Below, piece after piece: positions 38,070 through 52,036 of a DNA stretch of 64,000 nt. The stretch is taken from positions 17,174,001 through 17,238,000 of the forward strand of contig JAGIQG010000029.1 of NCBI GenBank assembly GCA_024679065.1, written 5' to 3'. Each line of letters begins with the position of its first letter. Position 1 is the first letter of the stretch. The notes below the pieces were generated by a model. It was not told where the DNA came from and searched no databases. It saw nothing but the letters and a program-made list of their open reading frames with translations. A program made the translations under genes and the position numbers. This stretch comes from Sphyrna mokarran. Taxonomy: Eukaryota.

Positions 38070-38580
38070 TTAACATAAGAACTAGGAGTAGGAGTTGGTC
38101 ATATTGCTCTTTGAGCCTGCTTCATCATTGAATACAATTGCAGCTGATCTTCTGCCTCAGTTCTACCTTTCACCACTATCCTCCCCATATTTCTTAATTA
38201 ATTTAGCATCCAAATATCTATTAATCTCTGTCTTGAATATACTCAAATTACTGAACAGCCACAACTCTCTGGGATGCAAAATTCCAAAAATCTATAAGCA
38301 TTTGGGTGAAGAACTTTCTTCTCATCTCAGGCCTAAAAGGCTGACCTCTTATTCTGAGACTATGACACTCAATTCTGGCCTGCCTAGGTGGCTCAGTCTA
38401 GAGAAGATTTGTTCCACTCCTTGTGAGACAAATACATTCTTTTTTAAGTAAGGAGACCAAAACTGTATATAATAGTCCAGTTCTGCTCTTACTAAGGTTC
38501 TATTCAATCCCAATAAGACTTCTTCATTCTTACAATTCCTTTGTAATAATCGCTAATGTAACATTTTCTTTCTTAATTGA
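38070..38580 (-). mobile_element. CR1 3' fragment abutting a GRAMD1B acceptor
   Basis: aacataagaactaggagtaggagttggtcat is the reverse complement of the CR1 tail; it ends about 20 nt from the exon acceptor at 38052-38053. Confidence 0.8.
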
Positions 38581-39500
38581 CCTGCACTGTCATCCTAAAG
38601 AATGAGATTAGGAAGGTGTGCATAGACTAAAGAAGAAAGATAGATAAAGAACAACGCTCAGCGTTACCCTTGTGCATTTACTACTTCTGGTCCAAGGGCA
38701 GGCAAAAACATTAAAGGTATCTTTGAAAATGATTCCTTTAAGCAGTTTAATTGTTCTTGTGCAATTTCATAGAGTGTCCATTGTCTCACTTAGATTATTT
38801 CAATGTTACGATGAATTAAACTTTAAATCCTGAATATTACTTAAAGAATTTTATTGTCCTTCATCAATTCTCTCCTTTCTTCAAAGTGTTCCCCAAACAG
38901 AGTTACAGCTTCACAGACATCCATCATCCCTGCACACTGTTCAAAATCTCATTTACATAGGATTACATTACAGTGAACATACAGCACAGAATAGGCCATT
39001 CAGTCCACTCAGTCCATGCTGTCGTTCATAGTCCACTCTAGTTTCCGCCCAAGTTTTTCATCAAAATCTACAATTATAACATTCCTTCCTCTTATATTTG
39101 TCTAGTTTCTTTTTAAATGCATTTATACTGCCACAGGTTTATACAATGAACACTGTAAAGAGCTAGAATCAGCCATTAGTACTATATCATTCTCAGCTCT
39201 GTTTTAATTTTTTAAAAAGGCAAAATGTAAAAGTTAGCATTTCATTACAACAAAATCTGAATAATAACAGCTGCAGTTTGAGTTTCCCAGTGAGGTACAG
39301 GTTTTCAGAGCAAACTGTCTATTATTTTAAAATCCCATTTAACCTTATTTAAACTGGATATCATCTTTACTTTAAACTGATGTTAATTCTAATGAGTTTT
39401 AATATGCATTTAACAAACCACTTCGCCTTTTTTTCCTCTGGAGTGCAAATATTATATAGAAAAGGGAACTGAAGAGAATGCAAAAGAACTACAGTTGTAC

Positions 39501-39512
39501 CTTAAACAGATC
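39501..39512 (-). CDS. GRAMD1B: GRAMD1B 12-nt micro-exon (adds ICLS to the TM helix)
   Basis: Minus strand reads long polypyrimidine tract ...ctgtttactgctccctttag|GATCTGTTTAAG|gtacaa. Phase 2-2 and frame-preserving; gives ISFV-ICLS-LVLL, versus recalled human ISCV-ICFS-LVLL. Confidence 0.85.
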
Positions 39513-40772
39513 CTAAAGGGAGCAGTAAACAGAAAAGGAAAATAGTGATCAGAAAGGAAAACTTCAGATGTTGAGTACAATGAGGTTTCAAGTAATTACT
39601 GAAGCTTGCTGTCTCAAATGAAAAGGTTCATCATTTACAAAGAATGCCTCAATCAGCATAAATAGTGAACCAAATGTGAAAGCAAATCAAATCAAATGTA
39701 TTGACTTTGTAAAGAAACTTGACTAGAAACAAATTTATGTACAATAGTTTCAGCTACAGATGCTGTGTCCTGGCTTATAAATGACCCAGAAATTGCCTTA
39801 CAGCAGCTTTTAAATATCCTTGGACAGTACAACATACAACACAATCTTAACCCATTTCACATTTGGAGTAGATTGAACCCTTTGAGAAAAATACCAACAA
39901 TTCCTGTACTAATCAAGGACATTCTCTGAAAGAATGTTATGCAAATGATTGAAGCTAAAGGTAATTTCACAATCTCATATATCCAATTACACCTTCATCC
40001 GTAGGGAACATAAATTGGATGGAGAGCTATTTCTTTCTACACCATTCTTTGACCTGTATTTCATGTGAAGTTAGCTACACGAGGGGCACTAAATTGTGGA
40101 GTTGACCACTAAAATTATCTTTGCATTTTTAAATACTACAATAGGCCATCTGGGGGAATGACATTTACAGTTCTGTTTGTTCCTCTTCTTGGTCAGATAG
40201 ATTGAATGGTATTTTAGAATCATATATCTATAGTCATCAGAAGTGCCAGCCCTAATTTGCTGCAGCAATTTTAATCTGCAGCACAAATACAGCAATTTAT
40301 TGGAATTCATGGTGAGGTCATTGGTGAGCTCAGGTTTTCACAAAGTAAATGATTTAGTGATGGAAATCACTCAGCAACCTGTGGCAATTAAAATTCAGTG
40401 TATCTATTCTTCACCGCAAATTGCTGAATCATGCACACATTAATAATGGAGCGTGTATTAATCTTCGCAGTATTTATCACTTTCTCTCAACAGAACATTA
40501 TGGAAGTCTTAAATGATTTCTTTGACTCACTACAGTTACATACTATAAACTTAAGTCTGTTGTTTATATACTCGAAGCTCATTTTCATTCAATACTGAGC
40601 CACTACTGTTAATCATGGGCCAGCCAATTCCAAATGAGGAATTTTCTAATCTTAAAGATTAAACAATGTATCCTTGCTATAAATCACCAATGAAATGACT
40701 TTACATAACCAGTCAAAATAGAAACCACATAGAAATGCAACCCATACAAGTAAAAGACTCTGGGTTGTTCTA

Positions 40773-41100
40773 TCATGGAATCATAGAAACTGTACAGTAC
40801 AAAAAGACACCATTCGAACCATCGAGTCTGCACAGACCACAATCACACCCGAGCCCTACCCCCCCATATCCCTACATATTTACCACTAATCCCTCTAAAC
40901 TACCATCTCAGGACACTAAGGGTAATTTTTAGCATGGTCAATCAATGGAACCCTCACATCTTTGGACTGTAGGAGGAAACCCACGCACACACGACGGGAA
41001 TGTGAAAACTCCACACAGACAGTGACCCAAGCTGGGAATCGAACCCAGATTCTTGGAGCTGTGAAGCAGCAGTGCTAACCACTGTGCTACTGTGCTGCCC
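40773..41100 (-). mobile_element. HE1-like V-SINE
   Basis: Full-length reverse-complement copy. Confidence 0.85.
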
Positions 41101-41841
41101 ATTCTATAGATCTCTTATTATTCTATCATTCTATTAAGTAGGGAAAAAAGCCTGGAAGCTATCATACCTCTTCTAAGTTGGCCTAGCATTTTTGAAGCCA
41201 AAATTTATTTTTGTCCTGATGCCTCCAAGAGGGAATACTAGTTGTAATATCTTTCCAGCACAAAAAATAATTTAATTCTTTAATTTTTGCACTGAGCACA
41301 CAACGGATTCATATGCTCCAGAAATCCAATGATTTTCTTTTTACCAGTTACTAAATATCCACTGTAATTTGCTTTTATCTTGCCTCTCTAATCTAAGTGA
41401 AGTAGAGGTGCTATGGTCCCAGATGACCATAGGCTACTCTCCCTTTTGAGATGGTGATTACCACACCTCAGGCGATGGACAACATTGAGAAGGCTGAGGT
41501 ACTTCCTTTCTGAAGATTACTATGGATTCTACTTCTGACATTGTTTTCAGGATAGCATTCTATCCAACAATTCATAAAAAAAAGTCATGTCACTTATCCA
41601 TTCCTTAGTTTTTACATCATTGATTACTACTAATGACTAATAGAAATAATTTAAGTTCATTTATTTGACTAGAACCCTTCAGAATTTTGAACAATGGCCA
41701 TTTATGAACCAAAAACCCCAAATTATTTTCAAAAAAGTTTATTTTTAAATTCTATTTATTAGTCACAAGTAAGGCTTACATTAACAGTGATCCAATGCCC
41801 TCTTTGACAAAAAAGCTGTGTGCATGCATTCAATTGGTGAT

Positions 41842-42580
41842 GGGCGGAATTCTCCCCAAAATTTCTAAGTGTCGAATTTGCATGAAAACTGGAGTAATTC
41901 ACACTTTTCCTCCAGTGGAAGTTCAGAGAACAATCTTCTATACCCTGTGCACTGCAAAGGCCACCAGTGTGAATATCATTAAAAACTAGCAATTGGGATC
42001 TATTCCTGCTAGAGAGGCTGAAGTCAGCACACTAGACAGAATACTGTGCATGCGCCGATCTGTCAGTGCTGAGACCCGCCCCAGCCCACCCTGATAGCTA
42101 ACCTCACTCCTTCTCCCATCAATCCCAACTGCAGAATGGCAGCGGGACCTCCCACCATCATTGAACACCCCCTAGATCTTGCCCTCATTAAGCTGGATCC
42201 GCCACAGACCCTGCCCCATGATAGGCAATGTCAAGGTGCCCCGTGGGCATTGGCAGTTTATCCCATGGGCCAGGTTGCCAATACCCAGGAGGGAATGGGG
42301 GTGCAATTGCCCTCCCTTCACTTCAGCAGAGTCAGGCTACCAGCTCCCCAAAACCCCACTGGAATGAAATATTCTAGTGGGGTGGGAGACCCTAGTGGGC
42401 CTGGAGACTAATCACGTTCAAATGCAATTGAAGTGACTATTTAAATGGTGTGTGCATCTCCCCGCCAATTTCCAGCATGCAGCAGATGCTTCTGGAAATC
42501 CGGTGCTGGGTGATGTAAACCGGGTGTGAATGCTCATGCAAACCCTGCAAATCGGCCACCTTAGGATTCTCCTGGACTGT
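41842..42580 (+). mobile_element. Non-autonomous DNA transposon / large MITE
   Basis: GC-rich island starting gggcggaattctccc; subterminal atttgcatgaaaac / catgcaaac inverted similarity; related to 21755 and 56367. Confidence 0.6.
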
Positions 42581-42846
42581 TGCGCTAAAAGTTTTGCATT
42601 AGAACTCAAAGGTACTGTGCATGTAACATTTAGTTATGCATTTCTTTGGCATCATATGCAGAGAAACATAGGAGATTCTAATAAAAGTTTAATTTTAAAT
42701 AAATTGTTTTCATTTAACTATAAATCCCCAGACACAGTCATAAAATTATTTTAGGAACTTACAAAGACTATCTTTGTACTTCCCAGATCTCAAACACAAT
42801 TGGAATAGAATTGTTAGAGATACTACCTCATAACATTGATACTCAC

Positions 42847-42937
42847 ACAAAACTTATGATGAGCAATAACTTGGAAACACTGTAAAGCTGAATTCCTCCT
42901 TGAACTTCTTCTGGGATGTATTTTGTTTGTGTGGAAC
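42847..42937 (-). CDS. GRAMD1B: GRAMD1B exon (juxtamembrane region and start of TM helix)
   Basis: AG/GTGAGT bounded, 91 nt; (G)STQTKYIPEEVQGGIQLYSVSKLLLIISF(V). Confidence 0.94.
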
Positions 42938-43849
42938 CTGTGGCAGTACAGAATGCAGATAATTTTAAGTGAATAACAATGTTGTTTCCATTAGTTGTGT
43001 CAGGCAATGTTTCAACATTAAAAAAATACGTATCCTAGTAACCTGATTACATTTCCTGAAATAATATAACTTGTAAGATAACCTGAGTGCAAAACATCAG
43101 GTTTGAATTAAGACAATGGGCTCAGTCACGTTGGAACAATAGTGGTGGATTAATGGTGCACATCTCTATTAATGAGTATTAGCCAACAAGTTCAGGGAAT
43201 GAAGAGCTGCACCACGAATGAAAATCTCCAGGGCTTGCAGGGCAATTTATTTTGCTCCATTATTTACTTCAGACAAACAGCAACTCACCCTTAGCCTCCC
43301 TATTAATTTTAAGATCTTGCAGAATCTGCATAACTAGCTATGGGGAAGTCAAGCTTCATAAGTAAAAATTAAGCACCCTGTTAATGCCCTAATAATTATT
43401 AATACAATGCAGTTCAGACTCCCTAGCTCAAAATGAGAACAATTTATCATTTGAGGGACAATAAATGGTTGCTGCAAGATTTTGAACATTTCAAATTTAA
43501 ACTTAAACTTACTTTTATCTATTTTTCTCCCTTTCCCTTATTGCAAGCTTTCTTCCCATCTCTTTATTGTGTTTTTTTTTGCACCTGATTTGACTCTAAT
43601 TTACATACTATCAATTCACCCTTCTTTGGCTTCCAGTGTCTCATTTCCAATCCTTACATAGCATTGAGTAAGGATATACATGGTTGGTTCCACCATTTGC
43701 TGAGATTCCAGACACTTCTTTTCTGTCACTTAGAGCAAGTTTCCACTCAAAAAAAAATTGATAATCAAGTGCAGGAAAATATCTAATTCTATCAAGACAT
43801 AATCCATTTAGTTTTAATAAATGAGACATCTATAGATTTTTTTTCTTTT

Positions 43850-46810
43850 TTCTATTCATTCATGGGTGGTGGTTGCCGCCTTCTAGGACAGCATTTATGA
43901 CCCATCACTAAGTGTCTTTGGTGGTGGTGAACTGTCTCTGGAGCCGCCGCAACAGTGAAGAAATGGTGATATTGCTTCAGGTCAGGACTTGAAGCCACAT
44001 GTGTGACTTGGAGGGGAACTTGCAAATGGTGGTGTTCCCATCCACCTGTTGCCCTTCTCCTTCTAGCAGGTAAAGGTTATGGATTTTGAAGGCATTGTTG
44101 AATGAGCCTTGGTGAATTGCTGCTGTACATCTTGTGTGTTGGTAGTGTGGGGGGTGGGTGCAGTGAGGTGGGGAAGACAGAGTGAATTTTTGAGGTTGTG
44201 GGTGGGCACCAATGGGTTGCTTTATTCTAGTTGGTGTCAAATTTCTTAAGTATTATTGGGTTTGCTGTCATGTAGGCAGGTGGTGGGTATTCCATTAAAT
44301 TCCTGACTTGTGCCTTTTTGACAGGTTTTGGGAAGCCAGGATGTGTTTTGCTCTCTGAAAAATTCACAGCCCCTTAGCTGTTCTTGTAGCCAGTGTTTGT
44401 ATGACTGGTCCAGTTTAGTTTCTGGTCAATGGTAATCCCCAGGCTGTTGACAGCAGGGAATTCTGTGATGAGGATGCATCAAATCTGAAAGCAAGGCTGT
44501 CAGATTCTCTTTCGTTGGAGACAATCATTGTATGGTGTGAATATTGTTTGTCACTTATCAGCCCAAGGTTGAATATTGTTCAGGTATTGCTATATATAGT
44601 CAAGGACTGCTTTAGTATTAGAGGAGTGGCGAATGATGCTGAACATTTTTCAGTCATCATCAAACGTATTATTTTTGAACATATGATGGAAGGAAGGTAT
44701 TAATGAAGCAGCTGAAGATGGTTAGGTCCAGGACACTATCCTGAGGAACTCCTGCAGTGATGTCCCAAAACTGATTTCCAAATACTACAACTGTTCTCCT
44801 TTGTGCTAGGTATGACTCCAACCAGTGGAGAGTATTCCTCTTGATTTTCATTGACTTCAGTTTTGCTAGGACTTTTGGATGCCACAATTAGTCAAATGCG
44901 GCCTTGGTGGCAGGGCCAGTCACTTTTACCTCACTATTTAAGATAGGTTGTTTGGACTAAAGCTGTAATGAGGTCAGGAACCGGGTGGTCTGACTGAACT
45001 CAAACTGAGCAGATTATTGCTGAATAAGTGCCATCACTTTGCAGATGATCAAGAGTAAACAAGTGGGGCTGCATTTGTATTTGTCCTGCATTTTGTGGGT
45101 AGGACATACCAGGACAATTTTTTAGATGCCAGTGGAACAACTGTCCATCGTCTTTGTTGTATTGTGTCTTCAGCCTTTTCTTGATGTCATGTGGAACAAA
45201 TCTGATATCTGTGATACTAAGGACTTCAAGCAGAGCTAGAACATCTATTCGGCATTTCTGGCTCAAGCCGGCTGTAAGTGCTTCGGTCTTGTCTTTTGCA
45301 CTGTGGTGCTGGATTCCTCCAACATTGAGGATGGGATATCCTTCTCCAGTTAGTTCTTTAATTGTCCACACCATTCAATATTAGATGTGGCAGGACTGCA
45401 GAGCCTAAGTCTGATCTGTTGATTCTAGGATAGCCTTGCTTTGTTTCTGCTCTTTGAATGCATGCAGTCCCTGTTCTGTAACTTCACCAGATTGACACTA
45501 CTTTATGATAAACCTGGCACTGCTCCATGCCTGCTCCCCTCCGCTCTTCCGTGAACTGGTGCTGACCCCCCGGCTTGATGGTAATGGTTGAGTGGGGCTT
45601 TGCCAGACTATAAAGTTACAGATTGTGGTTATATGGACTTCTGACCTGCTGGTGCTTTATAGTACTTCATGGAAGACCAGTTTTGAGTTGCTAGTTCCAT
45701 ATAGCAGAATCAAAGATATATTTGATGTGATAATGGGGCTTCATCTTCACAAGGACTGTCTGGTGGATCACTCGTAACATTACTATCACAGACAGATGAA
45801 TCTGCAATAGAATGATTGGTGAGGATTAGGTCATCTTGTTGGTTCCCTCATCACCTGCTAAAGAGCCCTTCCAACAGCCATATTCTTTAAAATTCAGTTT
45901 GTTCAGTCAGTAGGGATGCTACCCAGCCGTTCTTGGTGATGAACATTGAGGTTCATTTTGTACCTTTTTCACTCTCAATGCTTCCTCCAAGTAATGTTCA
46001 AACATGGAGCAGTACTGAATCATTAGCTCAGGTGGCAGTAGATGGTAACCAGCAGGAAATTTCCTTGCCTATGTCTGATCTAATTGCACAAGACTGCATG
46101 ACCCCTAGGACAATTCCATCTGAGGTGTCACCTTCTCAGAGATGGTGGTGGCAATATCACAGAGGCTCCAATGTTCTGACTAGGAATCTCTGCCCCTCTT
46201 ACTGCCAGCCATTGGCATTTGTTGGAAGTATCTGAAGGTTGATACGCAACCTGCTTGGATAGACTTTACCAATGGATCTTCCTGGGCCTTGGTATCTGAA
46301 ACTGTCTGGAACATATGATTCCATGAGTATGCCTATGTCAGAATGCTGTTTGACTAGTCCGTGGGACAGCTCTTCCAATTTAGTACATGACCCAGATGTT
46401 AGTGAGGAAACTTTGCAGGTTTATACCATTGTCGTTTCCAATGCCCATACTGATTCAGGTCATCTGTCTGGCTTTCTTTCTTTTTTGAGAGTTTGTTGTA
46501 GTTTGATGCAACTGAATGTCTTGCTGGACAACTTCAAGAGAGATTTAAGAGTAAACTATATTGCTGTGTGTCTGGAGTAACACATAGGCCGGACTAGGTA
46601 AAGACAGTAGACTTCCTTCCCTAAAGGACTTTAGTGAACCATTAGTGAGAGTGTTTATGACAACTGGCTACAATTAAACATAGGACTAGTTTTTAATTTC
46701 AAGTTTATTAATTGAATTTAAAATCTGCCGGCTGACGTGGTGGGATTTGAACCCATGTCTCCAAAACCTAGTCCTCTGGATTACTAGAACAGGGACATTA
46801 TCATTATAGT
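43850..46810 (-). mobile_element. Degenerate near-full-span CR1-clade LINE with tRNA-like 5' end
   Basis: RT remnant WHPKVLAKLKSM.I.RNTLHWLESYLAQRR.VVV...DITAGVPQDSVL..TIFSCFIN (44669-44887); tail at about 43850-43960; head with GGTTCAAATCC B-box-like motif at about 46740-46810. Confidence 0.8.
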
Positions 46811-47095
46811 AACAGAGGAAATAGGCACAGAAGTGGGCAAATTCAACTCTCTGCCACTCAATCAGATCATGGCTGATTTCTTCCTGGTCTCAAATCCATT
46901 TCCCCAACTGTTCTCCACATCCTTATCCGTTTTTTAATATTAGAAATATGTCAATCTCCCTCTTGAAACCATTCAACAATTCAGACTCCACTGCATGATG
47001 GGGCAGTGAGTTCCACGAATTCATCACCTTCTGTGGGAAGTAATTCCTTTTTATCTCAGTTTTAAATCTACTGCCTTACAACCTATACCTGTGGT
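46810..47095 (-). mobile_element. CR1 3' fragment
   Basis: gagttccacgaattcatcaccttctgtgggaagtaattcc...atctcagttttaaatc. Confidence 0.75.
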
Positions 47096-47370
47096 CAGTG
47101 CTTACACCACTGCTTTTCCAACAGCGACAAAGATATTATTTTAATACAGGGAACACATAATGAGAATGAGTTATTGATAAAAATAAATGATTAACTGGTC
47201 AAATATTGCACAAGTCACTATGAATTATTTTTGGCACGTCATAAGTTTGTGCCCATAGTTCAGGTCCAGCTCAAAATACAAATAAAGCATATTTTTCTTT
47301 TTCAAATATAAAAATCTGTAATAAAGAAAGCAAAGGGCACTGAAGAAATCTTCTCCATGCTTAATTTTAC

Positions 47371-47574
47371 CTGCCACATGTTTAATCCTCTGGGCTACTT
47401 CTTCATCAGTCGGTGTAGTTACAGGACTGATTGTTTCATCGAGATGTTGGCTTCGCACGTGCATGTGAGGTCGCTTTCTCCTTCGAATTGTGGACGATTT
47501 GTTGGGTTTTTCTTTTGGAGATTGCCTGTGCAGTTCAGCAGCATATTGTTTCTCTACTTTTGCAAGTTCAATAT
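47371..47574 (-). CDS. GRAMD1B: GRAMD1B exon (basic linker)
   Basis: AG/GT bounded, 204 nt; (D)IELAKVEKQYAAELHRQSPKEKPNKSSTIRRRKRPHMHVRSQHLDETISPVTTPTDEEVAQRIKHVA. Confidence 0.96.
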
Positions 47575-48449
47575 CTATGGATACCAAAATAGGCATGTTT
47601 TAAATTGCAGTCAAGCAAACAAAACTGTGTCTTATCTGACTAAGTATTACATTATTCAGAATTGAACCAATCTATTTGCTACCTCCTGAATAACACATTG
47701 CTTGCAAGCATGCCCATTTTATGCAAAAATCCAATTATTTAGTTAGTCTACATCAGCTCAAAGGATGGTCTGTATTACAGTGGAAAGTGTTCCTGCCTCT
47801 AAGCTATAGTTACAGGTTCGAGGTCTACCGCAAGATTTGATGGCTAAGGAAGGTACTATGGTAAATGCAAGGCACACATTGAACACCAACTTTCAAATTC
47901 TTCCAATAAATGCCATTGCCAGGCAGTAAGAGTGGTAGAATTTTCTGGTCAGAATAATGAAGCCTTTACTACTACTTTCCATAGCTCCAAATCACAATAT
48001 GAACGAAAAAGTGCATACTGCAAGTGCAACTTGGACTTCCTGGAAAAGTTCTTGCTGATGGCATTTCAATGCACCTTGTCTTGGCCTATTATGGTAAACT
48101 GAGGAAACAATTTGCATTTAACATAGTACTGCTCAAATTAAAATTATTACAACCATTAGTGTATTTTGTGATCTCCAATTGTTCAAAGAAAAATAGAAAC
48201 AGGCTAAAATTATTCCTAACTGCTCAGACTAACGTTCCTTACCTAGAAACAAGTCTTGCTCCCAATTCTTTGCTGATCTTAATCTCGTAACCATAGCTTT
48301 AGCTTTTCATACAGAAGGACGAAATGTATTAAAGTTCACACTCCTCTGAATATGCAGTAACCAGGGATCAAGTTTGGTTGTGACAGCGCACGGAGAAAAT
48401 GGTTCATCATCTCTCATCATTGGGCACGTACAGGAAAAATAGCCACTCA

Positions 48450-48780
<331 letters not shown>

Positions 48781-49746
48781 TTAAGTTAATTGATTAAAGA
48801 ACACATTTATAATTCAGTTATCTTTCAAAACTTTATGTCATTTATACATGCAATCTCGAACAGCATGTCAAATACATAAAGGAAATTATTTACCTGCTAA
48901 CTTACAGATAACTTAGAGGTCAGTGTGCATGAATGGGATCTTAGACTTTGTGAGGTAAATGACTATTTCTAGTACAGCCTTTCTCCTGGGCAACAAGATG
49001 CACAATTTGTGAGGCATGAAAGAGTTATTAGGATAAGTTCATCTGGTTCTGACATGCCAACATTTATCCTGAATGCACTTTGCACTGATCATTAACCAGC
49101 AAAAACAACAATCACCTTGCAGTTAGAAAAACAAGTACATCATTGTCATAATGTTGATTGCTTCTCTGTTAGGTTGGTTCAAAAACAGCATTTAAATCAG
49201 GGTGGCTAAGGTGTTATACATTACTTGTTATTTAGTATGTGTTTTAATGCATACGGGCAATGACATAGAATTAGTGAAACTTTCATGACGAGCATAGCGT
49301 TTTGGTAATGAATCTTAAGTCTTCTAATTTTAGTCACTAGCACTGTGAACAAATAAAATTCACAGCTTACATATTGAATTGAATAGACAGGACATTGTTT
49401 CATTGCAAATATCCTTGCTTCTAAAGTTTGTTGAATGTGGATGGAATTCAGTCTAGAATAATATGACACAATAGGTTGTTTTGTTCTGTGTATTAAGATG
49501 AAAAACATTATTTGCCAGATGATAAGTGGACCTGGAACTTATTGGAAAGACACTGTTAATACTCCTAAAAGGCTGTCATTTGGAACTCCATAAATCTTTA
49601 AATGAATAGTTGGCAATTTTACTTTGTTTTGAGAGGTACATTTTGATCTCATTTTTTTCCTTTTCAAATTTCAAAGGTATTGGTGCAAAACTCAGGGTGT
49701 GTCTGTCCAGAATTTTCGAAAGCCATCATAAGGAAGAAGGAACACA

Positions 49747-50041
49747 GAATCATAGAATCACTATAGTGTAGAAGGAAGCCATCAGGCTCATCAAGTATGC
49801 ATCGACTCTTACCCAGGATAACCATTTACTCCACATATTTCTCCCCCTAACACACAGATCTTGGGATACTAAGTGCAATTTAGCACAACCAATCACAACT
49901 TTGGAGTGTGGAGAAAATTGGAGTACCTGGAGGAAACCAATGAAGATACAGGGAGGACGAAGGCTGTGAATCGAACCAAGGTCCTTGACATGAGGTAGCA
50001 GTGCTAATTGCTGTGCTACTTGCTGTGCTACTAAGCTGCCC
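49747..50041 (-). mobile_element. HE1-like V-SINE
   Basis: Diverged reverse-complement copy. Confidence 0.75.
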
Positions 50042-50169
50042 ACAGGACCAGTAGTCAACTACCCAGCCCTTCAGTTTGTTTTGTCATTCAATTAGATCAT
50101 TATCAAATTAAGAAGCACTTTAAGGAAGCACAGATTAAAAAGGGTGACAGTCTGTGGGGACCATACACA

Positions 50170-50398
50170 TCCTTCCCATGTCTGCGAGGGTTTCCTCAAG
50201 GTGCTCTGGTTTCCTCCCATAGTACGAAGATGTACAAGTTAGGTGGATAAACTAGTTGCCCCTTAGTGTTGAAAAATGGCTAGGTTAGTGGATTAACCAT
50301 GGTAAATGTGTAAGGTTACAGGGATAGAGCCAGGGTGTGGGCCTAGGTAAGATACACTTTTGTATGGCTTCTTTCTGCATTGTGAGGATTCTATGGTT
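50170..50398 (+). mobile_element. HE1-like V-SINE, 5'-truncated
   Basis: gtctgcgagggtttcctcaaggtgctctggtttcctcccat...ggattctatg. Confidence 0.75.
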
Positions 50399-50786
50399 CC
50401 AAACACAAAGACTGATTGATGTTTAAAACTCTTCTACAAATAGCAACAGATGCAAAATAAATTTTAGGGTATTAACAGATTGGGGAGTTTGTGGATTTAG
50501 TTTGCAAATGAGCCATAACATCACTGAAAGGCAGAATAGTTTCAAATAGCCTACCCCTGGTTCCTACTTCCAAAATGTTGAACAGTACTTCCCACGTCCA
50601 TCTGCTTAATTCCCTTGCCGAACAAAGATTTATCAATATCATTTTTGAATTTTCAAGTCTCAACAGCGTCTCTGGGGAAAAAGTCTCATTTTCTATTCAT
50701 CTTTGTGTGAAGTAGTAGCAAAGTAGTTGTCTAAGTATTAGAATGCTCCATGGCACGGCGGCAGCGGTGGGTGGGTGGGGGGAATG

Positions 50787-50920
50787 ACTAAAATTTTCAG
50801 TCCTCATTCGCAGTTGGGGTTTTCTGGTGCCGCTGAAAAGAAATGGAGCTTTGGCTGGAAGACCAGATTTTCCATTCTCGCTTGCACTGAGTTCCACCAT
50901 CGACAAGAGGGAAAAACCCC
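50787..50920 (-). mobile_element. MITE-like element (4852 family, reverse)
   Basis: aatggagcttttggctg..ccagattttccattctcgct is the reverse complement of the family core. Confidence 0.5.
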
Positions 50921-51556
50921 ACTCAAAGAATATCATCTGAGGTTGCTGAGAGATGTTGCATTATTATGAGATATTAAGAATACAAGCAAAGACTATTTTT
51001 ACTATTTCCTGTATTCAAGAGAGAATACATTCTAGGAAGTTGTGCAATCTTCTGGATTGACTTTCCTATTAATTATTAGTCATTATTGGTGGATACTTTC
51101 AGTAAGTTATAGTATAAGAATGTTTCTTTTATTGCTTTCCCAAATCTAGGAGACTAGGAGAGGGCTGTCGATATTTCCAGTAAGATAAAGGAGAAGAGTT
51201 TCTGGTTGAACCCTGAGCTTGCAATGTTACTAAATAATGGGTATCTGAAGCTGCAAGTTGGTTCTTAAAGAGAAATGGTGCATCCGCAAGATTGGTCTTT
51301 GACACTAAAAGTGAAACCATATCAACCCATCAAAGCAGCTGCACAAAAACATAACATTACAATGGTGAAAGTTTATTCCAGCTCCATTCAGATTCCACTG
51401 TCTAAAATTATATCCTTGGTGTTAAGTAATGCTGTCTTAAGAGAAATGCAAAATGATGAAGAATTTAAGAATCACAAACTTTTTGTGGTACTTGCTGCAC
51501 TTAAATTCAATATGTTGCGACACAAAACTAGTAAATCAAGAGTAATAGCTTTCTTA

Positions 51557-51703
<147 letters not shown>

Positions 51704-52036
51704 TTAATGAAAAAAATTTCAATGTGCACAAATTGCAATCAGTACATTGGAAGAATACTCTGGAGAACACATGTCACAAATGGTAATTGCTTACTTCAAG
51801 ATCAGTCCTCTGCAGTTTATATTAAACAATATTTTATCAAACTAAATAGTTATTTAGTTTTTTTATCGTTGAAATTACAAAGCTCAGGAGTCGTTGTTTT
51901 GTAGTGCTATAAAGTGCTAGTTTTGATAACCTGCAAACAGCAAGTATTTTAGATGGGTAAAATAGCCTAATGTATTTCATAACTAATTACAGCTTCACAG
52001 AATCGGTGCTGTCAGTTGTTAGAAGCATAAAAACCT

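Noticed and set aside
47357-47665. 102-aa + strand ORF
   Set aside because: It is the antisense shadow of the GRAMD1B exon 47371-47574.
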